In this document: positions 61,808 through 64,000 of the stretch, piece after piece
Layout of the letters: every line of letters starts with the position of its first letter
Numbering within the stretch: the first letter of the stretch is position 1
Assembly (NCBI GenBank): GCA_024137785.1
Contig: JAHRHZ010000021.1
Location: 23,494,549-23,558,548, forward strand
DNA length: 64,000 bases
DNA from: Ginglymostoma cirratum
Taxonomy: Eukaryota
Reading direction: 5' to 3'
Made by a program: the position numbers and the translations under genes
Notes under the pieces: generated by a model
Seen by the model: the letters and a program-made list of their open reading frames with translations, nothing else
What the model was told of the DNA's origin: nothing
The model's database searches: none

Positions 61808-63060
61808 TAATGACTTGATTTATTGTTGTCACATGTACCTAAGTACAGTGAAAAGTTTTGTTTTGTGAACAGTACAGGCAGATCACAACAAACGAGGCCA
61901 TACAGATCAGGTTTCTGAAGAAGGGTCCAGATTCGAAACGTCAGCTTTCCTGCTCCTCTGATGCTGCCTGGCCTGCTGTGTTCCTCCAGCTCTACACCTT
62001 GTTATCTGATACAGATCATAGGGTGCTTAGACAGACTGAAGCACACAAGGTTACCCCTGCATAGGAGGTGAATAACAGCAAGATCAACATTAGATTTGAA
62101 ATTAGAGAGGTCCATTCAGCAGTCTAATAACAGCAGGGAAGAAGCTGTTCTAACCTGTTGGTACGTGTGTTTAAGCTTCTGTATCTTCTGCCTGATCGAA
62201 GTGTTTGGAAAAGAGTATCAGCGGGGTGGGAGGGGTCTTTGATGATGTTGGCAGCCTTTCCATGGCAACAAAAAGTGTGGACAGAGTCTACGGATAGGAA
62301 GTTGGCTTGTGTGATGGTCTGGGCTGTGTACACGACTTTCTGTAGTTTCTTATGGTATGAGTGTAAGGCTAGGGAAATGGCATCCATTGTAGGCCTGTTT
62401 CGCCTGTGGGCAAAGTGCAAGGGATCAAGGCAAGCTGGGAGGATAGCAATGGTACGAGCTATGATTAAGCTTTTGAAGTACTTCATGGTTATGGAGATCA
62501 GAGCCACCGGGTAGTAATCATTGAGGCACATAGCATGTGTTTGCTTTGGGATTGGGGCGATGATGCTCTTCTTGAAGCTGGCGCGGACTTCAGATTGTAA
62601 CAAGGAGATATTAAAAGATGTCAGCGAATACTCCTGCTAGTTGGTCCACACGGGATCTGCGTGCAAGGCCGGAGACTCCTTCTGCGCCAGTCGCTTGCCT
62701 CAGGTTTACTCTTAAGGAGGCTGTTCTGACATCTGCAGCAGTGACTGAGGGAAGACTTGCATCCAGGGCTGTCAGGGTGGGTGACACTGTGCCACTGGCA
62801 TTCTGCTTGAACTGAGCATACAAAGCATTGAGCGGATCAGGAAGGGGATGTGTTTTTGTCTGCTATTTTGTATTCTGTTATATCACATAGGCCTTGCCAC
62901 AGGCACTGGGCGTCCATATGGTTAGTTTGGGCCTTTAACTTGGTCCAGTACTGCCTTTTGGCATCTCTAATGACCTTACAGAGGTTGTATCTGGATTTCC
63001 GGCACAGGTCTGAGTAATCTGATTTGAATGCCATATGTCTGGTCTTCAAGTAGGCAGTGG
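61808..63060 (-). mobile_element. Rex1/Babar LINE fragment
   Basis: DQLAGVFADIF, FKKSIIAPIPKQ..CLNDYYPVAL, LDPLHFAHRRNR, IIKDPSHP..LRSGRRYRSL; tail tttcactgtac..acatgtgacaacaataaa. Confidence 0.9.
61910..62008 (+). mobile_element. Penelope-like pLTR (family A) nested in the Rex1 3'UTR
   Basis: ctgaagaagggtccagattcgaaacgtc core; 10-bp TSD atacagatca (61900-61909, 62009-62018). Confidence 0.85.
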
Positions 63061-63947
63061 ATTTATGGGATAACTACAGTAGTGTTCAGTGACACTGACT
63101 AATGGACATGCTCAAGACCATCTATCCAAGAGTGCTGAGGGACTGGATTCTTGGTGGCCCTCTGTCCATCATCTGCCTCTGCTGCCTGTTGGCAGTCACC
63201 TGTCTTGCAAGACAAGCGGTTTGTTAGTGTGTCTGTATGGCTAACACTGTCATAACCAAATTCTGTAGCTTTGGAGAGGCATAAGGAGGTATGCGCACAA
63301 CTGGCATGATGTGTGTCTCGGTGAGGTGTAGTCTATAGACGTTCAGTTTGAGTTCAGAATAGCACGGTGAGGTGCTCGTCAAGTGATCGTATTGCAGCGT
63401 ATTGAGCAGTGGGAGAGGTGAGAGATGTGACACTCCTCATTTGTTCCCACTCCTTTTGCAGGGCTATTCTGGACAGTTTCAAGGCATCCCCAAATTTCCC
63501 TCGTATCCCCAACTCTGCAACACGACTGGACACCTACCTGGACCTCTTGGCAAAATGAGTCGCGAACATTATCTTAACTTCCAGGAATGTTTTTGCCGAA
63601 TGGCAAAACATGTAGTCTGCATTGTATTGCTACAATTTCATTTTAAAGGAACTGCATTTTTAACAAGTGAAGTCTCTCTGGAGTCGACAGAGAATGCCTG
63701 CGCTGAAATTGAGGCTAACATTGTACTGGAGGCACCTTATGACTATGACACACTCATGGAAATGTGATAGGGACAGGTCACATGATGTGGTCCCTGTGCT
63801 CAAATATCAGAGTGAATGATTTTTGCTATTGACTGTTACAGGGATACAGGCTTCTGCATGCACAAAATAAATTAAATTCCCATCATTCGAACCATCATTA
63901 CATTCACTTCCATTACATCACAAGTTCTTATTCTCGTTTACCTGAAT

Positions 63948-64000
63948 CAAAACAGAAAATGCTAGAAATACTCAGCAGGCCAGCCAGTGCTTGTGAAGAA
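63948..64000 (-). mobile_element. Penelope-like pLTR (family B), truncated by the window edge
   Basis: aaaacagaaaatgctagaaatactcagcaggcc. Confidence 0.6.

Noticed and set aside
2820-62008. Recurrent ~100-bp repeat as a CRISPR-like or satellite array
   Set aside because: Dispersed, on both strands, with individual TSDs and links to GIY-YIG tails: Penelope pLTRs in a eukaryote.
63402-63767. 121-aa plus-strand ORF with an internal splice-acceptor-like site
   Set aside because: No recognisable domain, and it adjoins Harbinger-like sequence; cannot be supported as a gene.
1-64000. ORF-track entries as functional genes
   Set aside because: All are under 200 aa and map to decayed transposons, antisense frames or stop-riddled tracts; no intact multi-exon gene could be assembled.

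Overview
Vertebrate genomic DNA, almost certainly from a shark or ray: it carries several HE1-type tRNA-derived SINEs and CR1/HER1-type LINEs. I found no intact protein-coding gene, and nearly all ORFs in the supplied track are fragments of decayed transposons. Much of the window is nested mobile elements: many CR1 LINE pieces, two Rex1/Babar LINEs, an L2 fragment, one decayed Gypsy LTR retrotransposon (46.4-52.0 kb), several PIF/Harbinger remnants (transposase plus Myb/SANT partner gene), and about 18 short Penelope-like pLTR insertions, several with hammerhead-ribozyme cores and 6-16 bp target-site duplications. Between the transposons, on the minus strand from about 60.3 kb down to about 10.5 kb, lies a colinear series of AT-rich, coding-like segments, several with splice signals. 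Two of them align by eye with my recollection of the N-terminal region of FSIP2 (fibrous sheath-interacting protein 2). I read this as a long-dead FSIP2-like gene with stops, frameshifts and transposons inserted inside exons; this is an inference and needs a database search. There is one 400-N assembly gap (2420-2819). Most repeat boundaries are approximate (about +/-20-50 bp).
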